Below are positions 1-11,627 of a DNA stretch of 64,000 nt, piece after piece; within the stretch, counting starts at the first letter, position 1; each line of letters starts with the position of its first letter. A program made the position numbers and the translations under genes. A model generated the notes under the pieces. The model did no database searches, had not been told where the DNA came from, and was given only the letters and a program-made list of their open reading frames with translations. This stretch comes from Acidimicrobiia bacterium (GTDB lineage Bacteria; Actinomycetota; Acidimicrobiia; Spongiisociales; UBA11373), in the NCBI GenBank assembly GCA_040878325.1, contig JBBDMM010000001.1:62001-126000 (forward strand), read 5' to 3'.

Positions 1-1072
1 CCGCCCCCTCTTTGTACCGCCAGTGGGCGGCGATCCCGTGCTCGGCCCGGTCGTGCATCTCCCGGGTACGAATCTGCACCTCCAGCGGCTTGCGATCCGG
101 CCCCAGCACGGTGGTGTGAAGGCTCTGATAGAGGTTGAACTTGGGCATCGCGATGTAGTCCTTGAAGCGCCCGTGCACCGGCGGCCAGCGGGTATGGATG
201 ATCCCGAGACTGGCGTAACAGTCGCCGACTTCCTTGGTGATGATCCGGATGCCGACCAGATCGTGGATGTCGTCGAAAGTTCGACCGCCGTCGATCATCT
301 TGCGGTACACCGAATAGATGTGCTTGGGCCGTCCGGTGACCTCGGCGCTTATCCCCTGATCTGTGAGCAGGCTCTTCACCTCGACCACGACCGCGGCGAT
401 GTATGCGTCGCGCTCCGGCGCCCGGGCGCGCATCAGGTCGACGACCTCGGCATAACGGCGCGGATGGAGGACTTCGAAGCAGCGATCCTCCATCTCGTGC
501 TTGATCTCCTGCACCCCGAGGCGATGGGCTAGCGGGGCATACACCTCCAGTGTCTCGAGGGCGATCCGCTCCTGCTTCTCACGAGGCAACGGGTGGATGG
601 TCCGGATGTTGTGAAGGCGATCGACCAGTTTGATCAGCAGCACCCGTACGTCCTTGGCCATCGCAATCACCATCTTGCGGATGGTCGCGGCCTGGGCCTC
701 CTCGGTGTTCGAGAACCGGACCCGATCGAGTTTGGTGACGCCGTCGATGAGGGCAGCGACAGCCGGGCCGTACCCCGCGCTCACCTCATCCAGGGTCAGG
801 CCGGTGTCCTCCACGGTGTCGTGGAGGATGGCGGCCGCCACCGTATCGGCGTCGAGTCCGTACCGAGCGAGGATCAGCGCCACCGCCAGGGGATGGGTGA
901 TGTATGGCTCCCCACTCATCCGGAACTGCCCGTCGTGCCGTTCCGCGGCCACCTCGTAGGCGCTGTGGATCTTGCGATCAGAGGCGTGGGGGTGATGGCG
1001 TCGGAACTCATCCAGAACCGGGCCGAGCTCGGCGATCACCGCGTCGTCGGGCCGGGCCGGGGTCTCACTCAT
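1..1072 (-). CDS. rel: Bifunctional (p)ppGpp synthetase/hydrolase Rel, N-terminal part (truncated by window edge)
   Basis: Manual translation from ATG 1072: MSETPARPDDAVIAELG...HDGQFRMSGEPYITHPLAVA...AAILHDTVEDT (HD hydrolase motif). Follows apt, the usual synteny. Absent from the ORF track because it has no stop in the window. Confidence 0.95.
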   Translation of the reverse strand, partial: MSETPARPDDAVIAELGPVLDEFRRHHPHASDRKIHSAYEVAAERHDGQFRMSGEPYITHPLAVALILARYGLDADTVAAAILHDTVEDTGLTLDEVSAGYGPAVAALIDGVTKLDRVRFSNTEEAQAATIRKMVIAMAKDVRVLLIKLVDRLHNIRTIHPLPREKQERIALETLEVYAPLAHRLGVQEIKHEMEDRCFEVLHPRRYAEVVDLMRARAPERDAYIAAVVVEVKSLLTDQGISAEVTGRPKHIYSVYRKMIDGGRTFDDIHDLVGIRIITKEVGDCYASLGIIHTRWPPVHGRFKDYIAMPKFNLYQSLHTTVLGPDRKPLEVQIRTREMHDRAEHGIAAHWRYKEGA

Positions 1073-1580
1073 ATCGAATCAGGGCCTGTACCGGGACGTC
1101 TAGACGCGATCGTCCCTGGAGGAACTCGAGTTCAAGAAGCACCGAGACCGCCTCCACCGAGGCACCGGCACCGCTGATCAAATCGACCGTTGCGGCGGCG
1201 GTGCCGCCAGTCGCCAGGACGTCGTCGACGACGACGACCCGCGACCCCGACCCGACCGCATCCTCGTGGATCTCGAGGGTGTCGGTGCCGTACTCGAGGT
1301 CATACGACTGGGTGAACGTGCGCCACGGAAGCTTGCCGAACTTCCTCACCGGTACGAAGCCCACCCCAAGACGGGCCGCGATCGGGGCGCCGATGATGAA
1401 ACCGCGCGACTCGATCCCCACGATCGCGGTCGGCTCCACCACGGCGATCGCCTCGCTCATCAGTGTCACCGCCTCGGCGAACGCCCGCCCATCGGCGAGC
1501 AGCGGGGTGATGTCCTTGAACACGATCCCCGCCGCCGGAAAGTCGGGCACGTCCCGGATGAAAGCCCTGAGGTCGATCAT
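1065..1580 (-). CDS. apt: Adenine phosphoribosyltransferase
   Basis: DFPAAGIVFKDITPLL, GIESRGF, YDLEYGTD and the PRPP motif VVDDVLATGGT. Confidence 0.97.
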   Translation of the reverse strand: MIDLRAFIRDVPDFPAAGIVFKDITPLLADGRAFAEAVTLMSEAIAVVEPTAIVGIESRGFIIGAPIAARLGVGFVPVRKFGKLPWRTFTQSYDLEYGTDTLEIHEDAVGSGSRVVVVDDVLATGGTAAATVDLISGAGASVEAVSVLLELEFLQGRSRLDVPVQALIRYE

Positions 1581-1586
1581 CGGACG

Positions 1587-1592
1587 ATTGTA
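1587..1592 (-). promoter_or_regulatory. -10 element TACAAT 6 nt upstream of the apt ATG (leaderless promoter)
   Basis: Minus strand reads TACAAT-cgtccg-ATG, with no SD. Confidence 0.65.
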
Positions 1593-1606
1593 CGGTGACC
1601 GCTAAG

Positions 1607-1661
1607 CGCTACCGGCTACCCGCTGCCCGCTGCCTCCTACTGGAGACTGGGACTGGAGACT
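1607..1661. repeat. Two adjacent heptamer tandem arrays between secF and apt
   Basis: CGCTACC GGCTACC CGCTGCC CGCTGCC (1607-1634) and CTGGAGA CTGGGA CTGGAGA CT (1640-1661). Confidence 0.8.
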
Positions 1662-1664
1662 GTC

Positions 1665-2726
1665 TTATCTCCGCTTGCGGCGCTTGCGGGGTGGGCGGGG
1701 GGCGGCGCCGGATTGGTGGAGGACCTGGGCGGTGTGATCGACGCTGGCGGTGACGGTGCGGGGTGCGAAGTCCTCGACCCCACCCCGCCGCTCGACCCGA
1801 AGGCGTACCCGCTGCCAGTGCTCCTCGCGTTCCTTCCACATACCCAGCAGCGGGGCGGCGAGGAAGATCGAGGAATAGGTACCGACGGCGACCCCGACGA
1901 ACAGGGCAAGAGCGAACTCCCGCAACGTGGTTGCCCCCAGCAGGAACGAACCGACCAACAGCAGCGAACCGATCGGCAACAGGGTGGTGAACGAGGTGTT
2001 GACCGATCGCATGAACACCTGGTTCATCGACATGTTGATTATTCCCGAGTAGGTGTGGCGATCGCCCCGCTCGCGCACGTTCTCTTGGACCTTGTCGAAG
2101 ACCACGATCGTGTCGTAGAGCGAGTAGCCGAGGATCGTCAGGATGGCGACCACCGTTGCCGGAGACACCGTGAACCCGACCAGGGAGTAGACACCGGCGG
2201 TGAAGATAAGGTCGTGGAACAGGGCCACCAGCGCCGTCACCGCCATCTTCCATTCGAGCCGCCACGCGATGAACAGCCCGATCACGATGAGGAACACGAC
2301 CAGGGCACGGACGGCTGATCGGGTGATCTGGTCGCCGAACGTCGGGCCTACCGTCTGCCTCGTGGCGTCCCCCGGATCGACCCCCGCCAGCGCCGCCAGT
2401 CGCTCCACCAGGAGATCCTCCTGCTCTGGGGTCAACTGCGATGTCTGCACGCGAATGCCGTCGCCCCCCGAAGTCGTTTGGATCCGCGCGGAGCCCTGAC
2501 CGAGCGCCGTCATCGCGTCGCGTATCTGGGCGACCGAAGCGCCTGCAGGGTTCTCCACCTCGACCAGGGTGCCTCCCTCGAAGTCGACGCTCAGGTTGAA
2601 CTGACGGAACACCAGGGAGAGGAGCGATATGAGGATGATCGCCCCGGACACCGCGAACCACTTGCGCCGATTGCCGACAAAGTCGAAGTGAGTCCGGCCC
2701 CGGTATAGGTCGCTAAGCGTGCTCAT
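1665..2726 (-). CDS. secF: Protein translocase subunit SecF
   Basis: SVDFEGGT, VGPTFG, GYSLYDTIVVFDKVQEN, RSVNTS, GTYSSIF. Confidence 0.96.
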   Translation of the reverse strand: MSTLSDLYRGRTHFDFVGNRRKWFAVSGAIILISLLSLVFRQFNLSVDFEGGTLVEVENPAGASVAQIRDAMTALGQGSARIQTTSGGDGIRVQTSQLTPEQEDLLVERLAALAGVDPGDATRQTVGPTFGDQITRSAVRALVVFLIVIGLFIAWRLEWKMAVTALVALFHDLIFTAGVYSLVGFTVSPATVVAILTILGYSLYDTIVVFDKVQENVRERGDRHTYSGIINMSMNQVFMRSVNTSFTTLLPIGSLLLVGSFLLGATTLREFALALFVGVAVGTYSSIFLAAPLLGMWKEREEHWQRVRLRVERRGGVEDFAPRTVTASVDHTAQVLHQSGAAPRPPRKRRKRR

Positions 2727-4399
2727 GCGCCGCCCACCTCCTCAGCAGGCATCCCCACTGCGCCGCGAATACTCATACGCCCGCCCTCGCCGAGCGACTT
2801 CGAATAGGCCAACAGAGCGACGGCAGGCCGCGTGAAGAAGATCACCACCAACACGTCACACACCGTTGCCACGAGCAGGGCGAGGGCAAAACCCTTGACC
2901 GAACCGATGGCCAGGAAGAACAGGAGGACCGCGCCCACGAATGAGGCGAAGTCGGCAGTGAGGATGGTGCGCAGCGCCCGACTGAACGCATGGTCGATGG
3001 CTCCGCGGAGGGATCGCCCCCGTTGCACCTCTTCCTTGATCCGTTCGAAGTAGACGATGTACGAGTCCGAGGTGATGCCAACCGCGACGATGAGCCCCGC
3101 CACCCCGGCGAGGGTGAGCGTGACCCCGCGCAACTCGCCGAGCAGCGAGAACACCACCAGGACGAGGCTCCCGAACACGGTTAGGCCGATGACGTTCACC
3201 AACCCGAGTGCCCGGTAATAGAGGAGCATGGCAGCGGCGACCAGGATGATTCCGATGAGTCCGGCGATCAGGCCGGCGTCGAGCGAATCCGACCCGAGCG
3301 TGGCGGACACCGACTGCACCGTCGCCTGCTCGAAGGCCACCGGCAGCGATCCATAACGGAGGACCACACTCAGATTCGATGCCTCTTCTTGCTGGTTCGG
3401 GGACGAGCCGAGAGTGATGACTGCCGAATCACCCGGGATACCGACGTTCGGGTCGACCGACGACGCGATTTGGGGCGCCGATTGGACGATCCCGTCCAGG
3501 GCGATGGCGAATTGACGCCGCGGGTCTCCGATCGGGAATGCCGCCAACTCCTTGGTGACCTCGGTGAACTTGACGCTTCCCCCCGCGTTGAATTCGAGGA
3601 CCACCACCCATTCGCCCAGCCCGGTGCCGGTCTGCGAGAACTGCGCCGTGGCGCCGGTGAGATCCGAGCCGAGGACGCGGGCGGGGGCGACGTGATAGAC
3701 GATGCCACCATCTTCAGGCTCGGAGACGAGGAAGGCATCGAGCAACGGATCGGGATCGGGGGTCAGTCCAGTCGCCCGATCGACGCATCCCGCCTGTTCG
3801 ACCTCATCGCACCACGTGACGCCGTCGGGCAGGACGATGTGGGCCGTGGGGTCGACCGTCGTGGTGGTGCCCCCGGCTGAAGTCGTGGTGGTGCCGGCGG
3901 AGGTCGTCGTCGTAGTGCCGGCGGTCGTGGTGGTTCCCCCCGGGGCCGCCGTCGTTGTGGAACCCGACGGGACGGTGGTGGTCGTCGTGGTCGTGGGGTC
4001 TTCGGGCGGGAGTTGGAAGAAGAGCGGGCTCACCCCGGGTATCGGGCTGATGTCCCGGACCGGCCGGAACTCGAGGCTGCCGGTGGTGCCTACCGCCGCC
4101 AGGGCCCGATCTCGGTTGGTGACTCCGGGGAGTTGAACCTCGATGCTCGAATCGCCCAGAACGGCGATCTCCGGCTCCTGGACGTTGCCGAGCGCCTCGA
4201 TGCGGCGACGCATGATCTCGGCCGCCTGCTCGATGACTTCGGGGTCGGTTCCCTCCGGGGCATTGAGCACGACGGCGAAGCCGCCCTGAAGGTCCAGGCC
4301 GAGACGGGGGGTGGTACCCGTCGCCTGGGTGAGGATCAGCGACCCGTAGACCACGACGAGCGTGATCGTCAGGGTCACGATGGCGCTACGACGGGACAT
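2723..4399 (-). CDS. secD: Protein translocase subunit SecD
   Basis: LGLDLQGG, LRYGSLP, VSATLG, DSYIVYFERIKEE, VKGFA; Thr-rich periplasmic insert. Confidence 0.96.
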   Translation of the reverse strand: MSRRSAIVTLTITLVVVYGSLILTQATGTTPRLGLDLQGGFAVVLNAPEGTDPEVIEQAAEIMRRRIEALGNVQEPEIAVLGDSSIEVQLPGVTNRDRALAAVGTTGSLEFRPVRDISPIPGVSPLFFQLPPEDPTTTTTTTVPSGSTTTAAPGGTTTTAGTTTTTSAGTTTTSAGGTTTTVDPTAHIVLPDGVTWCDEVEQAGCVDRATGLTPDPDPLLDAFLVSEPEDGGIVYHVAPARVLGSDLTGATAQFSQTGTGLGEWVVVLEFNAGGSVKFTEVTKELAAFPIGDPRRQFAIALDGIVQSAPQIASSVDPNVGIPGDSAVITLGSSPNQQEEASNLSVVLRYGSLPVAFEQATVQSVSATLGSDSLDAGLIAGLIGIILVAAAMLLYYRALGLVNVIGLTVFGSLVLVVFSLLGELRGVTLTLAGVAGLIVAVGITSDSYIVYFERIKEEVQRGRSLRGAIDHAFSRALRTILTADFASFVGAVLLFFLAIGSVKGFALALLVATVCDVLVVIFFTRPAVALLAYSKSLGEGGRMSIRGAVGMPAEEVGGA

Positions 4400-4401
4400 T
4401 G

Positions 4402-4707
4402 TTACCTGGTCTTGGCTGCAAGGGCTCGGCGTGCCACTCGCAAGCGGCCGCCGCCTTCGATGCCGAGAACGGCCGAGTCCTCGTCGAGGTGCTCGATACG
4501 GCCGTAGATCCCACCGATCGTCTGCACTTCATCGCCGACCTGGAGCTCGGACATGAGAGCCTGGTGGCGCCGCATCCGCGTGCGTTGCGGGCGGATCATG
4601 AGAAAGTAGAAGAGCCCGCCGATGATCACGGCGTAGAGCACGAGCGTCACGAAGACGTTGCCCGAAGATTCGGCGCCTTCTTCGGCCTGGGCGAGGATGG
4701 TGAGCAT
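4402..4707 (-). CDS. yajC: Preprotein translocase subunit YajC
   Basis: FYFLMIRPQR...LQVGDEVQTIGGIYG; start moved to ATG 4707 behind a GGAGG SD. Confidence 0.93.
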   Translation of the reverse strand: MLTILAQAEEGAESSGNVFVTLVLYAVIIGGLFYFLMIRPQRTRMRRHQALMSELQVGDEVQTIGGIYGRIEHLDEDSAVLGIEGGGRLRVARRALAAKTR

Positions 4708-4765
4708 CGGTCCTCCGGGGCTGGTCAGTGATGGGCCGGGCGGCGTGCGGCGCCGCTCGACCGTT

Positions 4766-6912
<2,147 letters not shown>

Positions 6913-6930
6913 CGGCGGAGTGTTGTGTTC

Positions 6931-7043
6931 GCAATTCGCAATTCACAATTCAAAGAGCACCGAAGCCGAGAATCTTCGTCTTGCGGAAGGCGGAGGGCGC
7001 TTACGGCTCCTCGCTGGAGACTGGAGACTGGAGACTGGAGACT
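6931..7043. repeat. Three heptamer arrays in the ruvB-queA spacer
   Basis: GCAATTC GCAATTC ACAATTC (6931-6951); TCTTGC GGAAGGC GGAGGGC (6979-6998); (CTGGAGA)x4 (7014-7041). Confidence 0.85.
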
Positions 7044-7044
7044 C

Positions 7045-8067
7045 TCAAATCAGCCTCTGCTGCGCCGGATCGGGCATTGGGGCACCGAGGTGCTCGTAGG
7101 CGAGGCGGGTCGCCACTCGTCCCCGGGCGGTCCGCTGCAGGAAGCCCATTTGAAGCAGGAATGGCTCGTATGCGTCCTCGACCGTCTGCGGCTCCTCCGA
7201 CACCGCGATCGCCAGCGTGGAAAGGCCCACCGGCCCGCCGTCGAACTTGTGGATCACGGCTTCGAGGATCGCTCGATCGACCCGGTCGAGCCCCGCTGCA
7301 TCCACTTCGAATACTGCAAGGGCCTGATGAGCCGTCTCCTCGTCGGCGGTACCCGCCGCCCTCACATCGGCGAAGTCCCGTACGCGTCGTAGCAGCCGGT
7401 TGGCGATTCGCGGAGTCCCCCGGGACCGCGTGCCGATGGCGCGGCGGGCAGCAGCGCTGATGTCGATGTCCATGAGCCGGGAAGACCGGGCGACGATCGA
7501 CTCCAGTTCCTCGGGCCGGTAGTAGTCGATACGGGCGACGTATCCGAAGCGATCGCGCAGCGGAGGTGACACCCGGCCCACCCGGGTGGTGGCACCCACC
7601 AGGGTGAAGGGCGGCAATTCGAGCCGAATCGAACGGGCGCCGGCTCCCTTGCCGACGACGATGTCGAGTTGGAAGTCTTCCATCGCTGTGTAAAGGATCT
7701 CCTCCACTGCCCGCGGCAAGCGATGGATCTCGTCGATGAACATGACGTCGCCCGATTCGATGTTGGAGAGAATGGCGGCGAGGTCTCCCGCTCGCTCCAA
7801 CGCCGGACCGGAAGTGGCACGGAACCGCGCGCCGATCTCCGAGGCAACGATCGCCGCGAGCGTGGTCTTGCCGAGCCCCGGAGGACCGCTGAAGAGAATG
7901 TGGTCGAGGGTCTCCCCTCTCCCCCGCGCGGCCTCCACCAGGATCGAGAGCCTCTCCTTCAGGTCGTCCTGACCGATGAACTCGTCGAGCGTCGAGGGCC
8001 GCAGACCCTCCTCGAACGCGGCGTCCTCCGGGGACGGCCGGGCGGCGAGGAGGCCCTCCTCCCTCAT
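7045..8067 (-). CDS. ruvB: Holliday junction branch migration helicase RuvB
   Basis: [45 protein letters not shown]. Confidence 0.98.
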   Translation of the reverse strand: MREEGLLAARPSPEDAAFEEGLRPSTLDEFIGQDDLKERLSILVEAARGRGETLDHILFSGPPGLGKTTLAAIVASEIGARFRATSGPALERAGDLAAILSNIESGDVMFIDEIHRLPRAVEEILYTAMEDFQLDIVVGKGAGARSIRLELPPFTLVGATTRVGRVSPPLRDRFGYVARIDYYRPEELESIVARSSRLMDIDISAAARRAIGTRSRGTPRIANRLLRRVRDFADVRAAGTADEETAHQALAVFEVDAAGLDRVDRAILEAVIHKFDGGPVGLSTLAIAVSEEPQTVEDAYEPFLLQMGFLQRTARGRVATRLAYEHLGAPMPDPAQQRLI

Positions 8068-8636
8068 GCGCGCCCCAGCCTCTGCAGAGCAGCGCGCAGC
8101 AGTGCCTCCGGACCCTGAGTGGGGTCGAGGCCGTCGAGCGCCTCACGGATCTCGCCGGATGCATAGCCGAGCCCTTCGAGGGCACCGCGCACCTCGGTGA
8201 CGCTGCCGGCCACCGCTCCGAGTTCTCCCTCGGGCATGGTGAGACGGGCGCGTAGGTCGAGGATCAACTTCTGGGCGCTGCGCTTGCCGATACCCGGCAC
8301 CGCGGTGAGCGTGTCGACATCCTCGGCGGCCAGGGCGCCCCGCAACTGCGACGGCGTCAGGGTCGCCAGCATCGCCAGACCGAGTTTCGGCCCGACCCCA
8401 CTGGCGCCGATCAGGTCGCGGAACAGATCACGACCCTCCATTGTCGAGAATCCGTACAGCGCCATGGCGTCCTCGCGCACATGGAGGTGGATATGAACGA
8501 CCACCTCCTCCCCCACCGCCGGCAACTCGCCAATGTCTCGCGGTGGCATCGCCACCTCGTAACCCACCCCGCCCACGTCGACGAGCAGACCGGTCGCGGT
8601 GCGACCCGCCAGCACACCCCGGAGCCGCCCGATCAT
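8064..8636 (-). CDS. ruvA: Holliday junction branch migration protein RuvA
   Basis: [45 protein letters not shown]. Confidence 0.97.
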   Translation of the reverse strand: MIGRLRGVLAGRTATGLLVDVGGVGYEVAMPPRDIGELPAVGEEVVVHIHLHVREDAMALYGFSTMEGRDLFRDLIGASGVGPKLGLAMLATLTPSQLRGALAAEDVDTLTAVPGIGKRSAQKLILDLRARLTMPEGELGAVAGSVTEVRGALEGLGYASGEIREALDGLDPTQGPEALLRAALQRLGRA

Positions 8637-9133
8637 CGCGGGGCACCTTCAACTGCCCGGCGGAGGGTGGCAGATTGCAGATGGCACAGCGCAACTGCGA
8701 GCGCGTCGGCGGCATCCGCCGGTGATGGTGCTCCGGCGAGCCCCAGACGCCGCGCCACCATCACCTGTACCTGGTCCTTGGTGGCATCGCCGTAGCCGGC
8801 GACGGCCATCTTCACCGCCGACGGGGTGTATTCGAACACGGCCAGGCCCGCCCGCGCGGCGGCGAGCATCGCCACGCCCGATGCCCTCGCCACCGATGTG
8901 GCTGTCTGCAGATTGCGGTTGACGAAGACTTCTTCGATGGCAACCTCCTCGGGAGCGAACTGGGCAACCACCCCCTCGAGGTCGTCGTAGAGCTCGCGGA
9001 GCCGGGAGGCAATGGTGTCACCGGGAGCCGTGGAGATCACCCCGGCGGCGACGGCGCGGATCGTGGTGCCGCTTGCCTCGACCACGCCGTATCCGGTACG
9101 CGAGAGCCCAGGATCGATGCCGAGAACGAACAT
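8633..9133 (-). CDS. ruvC: Crossover junction endodeoxyribonuclease RuvC
   Basis: VLGIDPGLSRTGYG, EYTPSAVK, DAADALAVALCH. Confidence 0.97.
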   Translation of the reverse strand: MFVLGIDPGLSRTGYGVVEASGTTIRAVAAGVISTAPGDTIASRLRELYDDLEGVVAQFAPEEVAIEEVFVNRNLQTATSVARASGVAMLAAARAGLAVFEYTPSAVKMAVAGYGDATKDQVQVMVARRLGLAGAPSPADAADALAVALCHLQSATLRRAVEGAPR

Positions 9134-9140
9134 ATGTACG
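9127..9140. promoter_or_regulatory. Putative LexA (SOS) box overlapping the ruvC start codon
   Basis: CGAAC-ATAT-GTACG, one mismatch to the Gram-positive/actinobacterial CGAAC-N4-GTTCG box. Confidence 0.6.
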
Positions 9141-9142
9141 GG

Positions 9143-9164
9143 AGGTTAGAGGGTGTCGGTGACA
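9143..9164 (-). promoter_or_regulatory. RecA-NDp/PafBC-like promoter of ruvC
   Basis: Minus strand TGTCAC-cgacaccctc-TAACCT, 9 nt before the ATG. Confidence 0.7.
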
Positions 9165-9275
9165 GTTTCAGTGATTGAGCCCGCTCCAGCCAAGGCCCCA
9201 GCCCCCGCCCCACCCGTCCGGATTCCTTCTGGCCGTGGCCGGGGCTGGAGCCGGGGCTGGCGGTGGTGGCCGGCG

Positions 9276-10016
9276 CTAGCCGGCTACCGCCGCCAGTACT
9301 TCGTCTGAAATGTCGAAGTTGGCGTAGACGGTCTGCACGTCGTCGAGGTCTTCGAGGGCGTCGACCAGGCGAAGAACAGACCGCGCGGTCTCTTCGCCGA
9401 GCGCGACGGTGGTCGTCGGAATCTGGGTGACCTCCGATGCCTCGACGGTGAGGCCGGCATCCTCCAGGGCCTGGCGAACCGCCCTGAAGTCTGCTGGGGT
9501 GGTGATCACCTCGAACTGATCGCCCGACGGCCTCACGTCCTCGGCTCCCGCATCGAGCGCGGCGAGCATCACGTCGTCCTCCGGGCCTGAGGCGAGGATG
9601 TAGCCCCGCTGCTCGAACAGGTAGCCGACCGATCCCGGCTCACCCAGGCTGCCGCCATTCCGGCTGAACGTCGACCGCACGTCCGATGCGGCCCGGTTCC
9701 GGTTGTCGGTCAGCACCAGCACGTAGAGCGCCACTCCGCCGGGGGCGTAACCTTCGTACCAGATCTCGTCGTAATGGGCCCCTTCGGTATCGCCGATTCC
9801 GCGCTTGATCGCCCGGTCGATGTTGTCGTTGGGCACCGAAGCACTCTTCGCCTTGTCGATCGCCTGGGCGAGCGAAGCATTGGCGGCAGGATCACCGCCA
9901 CCGGCGCGGGCTGCTACCTCGACGGCCCTCGCCAGCTTGGCGAACACCTTGCCGCGCTGAACGTCCTTGGCCCCCTTCTTGTACTTGATGGTGGACCATT
10001 TCGAGTGCCCCGACAT
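9276..10016 (-). CDS. yebC: YebC/PmpR family protein
   Basis: MSGHSKWSTIK, YEGYAPGG, TDNRNR, LEDLDDVQTVYANF. Confidence 0.96.
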   Translation of the reverse strand: MSGHSKWSTIKYKKGAKDVQRGKVFAKLARAVEVAARAGGGDPAANASLAQAIDKAKSASVPNDNIDRAIKRGIGDTEGAHYDEIWYEGYAPGGVALYVLVLTDNRNRAASDVRSTFSRNGGSLGEPGSVGYLFEQRGYILASGPEDDVMLAALDAGAEDVRPSGDQFEVITTPADFRAVRQALEDAGLTVEASEVTQIPTTTVALGEETARSVLRLVDALEDLDDVQTVYANFDISDEVLAAVAG

Positions 10017-10598
10017 CTAGCCCTCCTCGGCCATCTGCAACAACAACGCATGTATCCGGGTGTCGCCCGTCAGCTCGGGATGGAACGACGTCGCGATGAC
10101 ATTCCCTTCGCGGACCATCACCGGGTGGCCATCGACCTCGGCGAGCACCTCCACCCGTTGACCCACCTTTTCGATCCACGGCGCTCGGATGAATACGGCG
10201 TGCACCGGTTCGCCAATGCCCTCGACCGGCAGCTCCGCCTCGAATGACTCGGTCTGGCGTCCGAACGCATTGCGTTGCACGACGACGTCGAGGACCCCGA
10301 GTTGAACCTGAGGCCGATCTTCGGTGGTGGACCCCGAGAGAAAGATCATCCCGGCACAGGTACCAAACGTGGCTAGGCCCCCTTCGATCGCGGCGCGCAG
10401 CGGCTCGACCATCCCGTAGCGGTCCGCCAGCTTGCCGATCGTCGTCGATTCCCCACCCGGGATCACGAGGGCGTCGAGACCATCGAGGTCGTGGGGCAGG
10501 CGGACCTCGGTGACCTCGGCTCCGAGCCGAACAAGGATCTCGGTGTGCTCCCGCACGTCACCCTGTAAGGCCAACACCCCGACGCGCACCGACGTCAC
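10017..10598 (-). CDS. pdxT: PLP synthase glutaminase subunit
   Basis: [35 protein letters not shown]. Confidence 0.97.
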   Translation of the reverse strand: MTSVRVGVLALQGDVREHTEILVRLGAEVTEVRLPHDLDGLDALVIPGGESTTIGKLADRYGMVEPLRAAIEGGLATFGTCAGMIFLSGSTTEDRPQVQLGVLDVVVQRNAFGRQTESFEAELPVEGIGEPVHAVFIRAPWIEKVGQRVEVLAEVDGHPVMVREGNVIATSFHPELTGDTRIHALLLQMAEEG

Positions 10599-11476
10599 CA
10601 GCCCCGATTTTGCAGCAGGTCCTCGTCGGCGAGCCGGTCGATCTCGATGCCAGGCATCGCCTCGCCGAGCCCGCGTGACACCTTGGCGAGGATCTGCGGG
10701 TCCTGGTAGTAGGTCGTCGCCTCGACGATGGCGCGGGCTCGGGCCGCGGGATCAGCGCTCTTGAAGATTCCCGATCCGACAAAGACGCCGTCGCAGCCGA
10801 GCTGCATCATCAGGGCGGCGTCGGCAGGTGTGGCCAAGCCTCCAGCCGCAAAGTTGACCACTGGCAACCGCCCGGCCTCGGCCACCTCCTGGACCAGCTC
10901 GAACGGTGCCCCCAGGTCGCGGGCCGCACTCATCAGCTGCTCGCTGTCGAGCGACTGCAGCCGCCGAATGCCATCGGTGACGGTCCGCATGTGGCGGACC
11001 GCCTCGACCACATTGCCGGTACCAGCCTCGCCCTTCGTCCGGATCATCGCCGCGCCTTCACCGATGCGCCGCAGGGCTTCCCCCAGATCGCGGCAGCCGC
11101 ATACGAACGGCACGGTGAACTTCCACTTGTCGATGTGATACGCCTCGTCGGCCGGCGTCAAGACTTCCGACTCGTCGATGAAGTCGACGCCGAGAGCCTG
11201 AATTATCTGCGCCTCTACGAAGTGGCCGATCCTCACCTTGGCCATGACGGGAATCGAGACTGCGGCGATTATCTCCTCTACCTTGGTCGGGTCGGCCATC
11301 CGGGCCACACCGCCATCCCGGCGAATATCGGAGGGGACTCGCTCCAGCGCCATAACCGAAACGGCGCCCGCCTCCTCGGCGATCTTGGCCTGCTCGGCGT
11401 TGGTGACATCCATGATCACTCCGCCTTTGAGCATGTCGGCCAGGCCCCGCTTGACGCGATCGGTGCCCTTGTCCAT
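10595..11476 (-). CDS. pdxS: PLP synthase lyase subunit
   Basis: [43 protein letters not shown] 11476 follows an AAGGAG SD. Confidence 0.97.
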   Translation of the reverse strand: MDKGTDRVKRGLADMLKGGVIMDVTNAEQAKIAEEAGAVSVMALERVPSDIRRDGGVARMADPTKVEEIIAAVSIPVMAKVRIGHFVEAQIIQALGVDFIDESEVLTPADEAYHIDKWKFTVPFVCGCRDLGEALRRIGEGAAMIRTKGEAGTGNVVEAVRHMRTVTDGIRRLQSLDSEQLMSAARDLGAPFELVQEVAEAGRLPVVNFAAGGLATPADAALMMQLGCDGVFVGSGIFKSADPAARARAIVEATTYYQDPQILAKVSRGLGEAMPGIEIDRLADEDLLQNRGW

Positions 11477-11627
11477 GGTTGCTCCTTGGTCCTTCACTCG
11501 ATTGTACCGGCAGGTCCCCCGGGCAACACCGGGCGGTGACCCAGGGCGGACCGGGGGCGAGCGAATAGGTCGCTGGCTCGATCAGCTTTCGGCTTGTGGC
11601 AAGCCGAAACCTGGTCCCGGGGCGAGC

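Noticed and set aside
9181..9275. GC-rich imperfect inverted repeats between yebC and ruvC as an ncRNA
   Set aside because: Only loose CCAGCC/GGCTGG pairing; no family features can be supported
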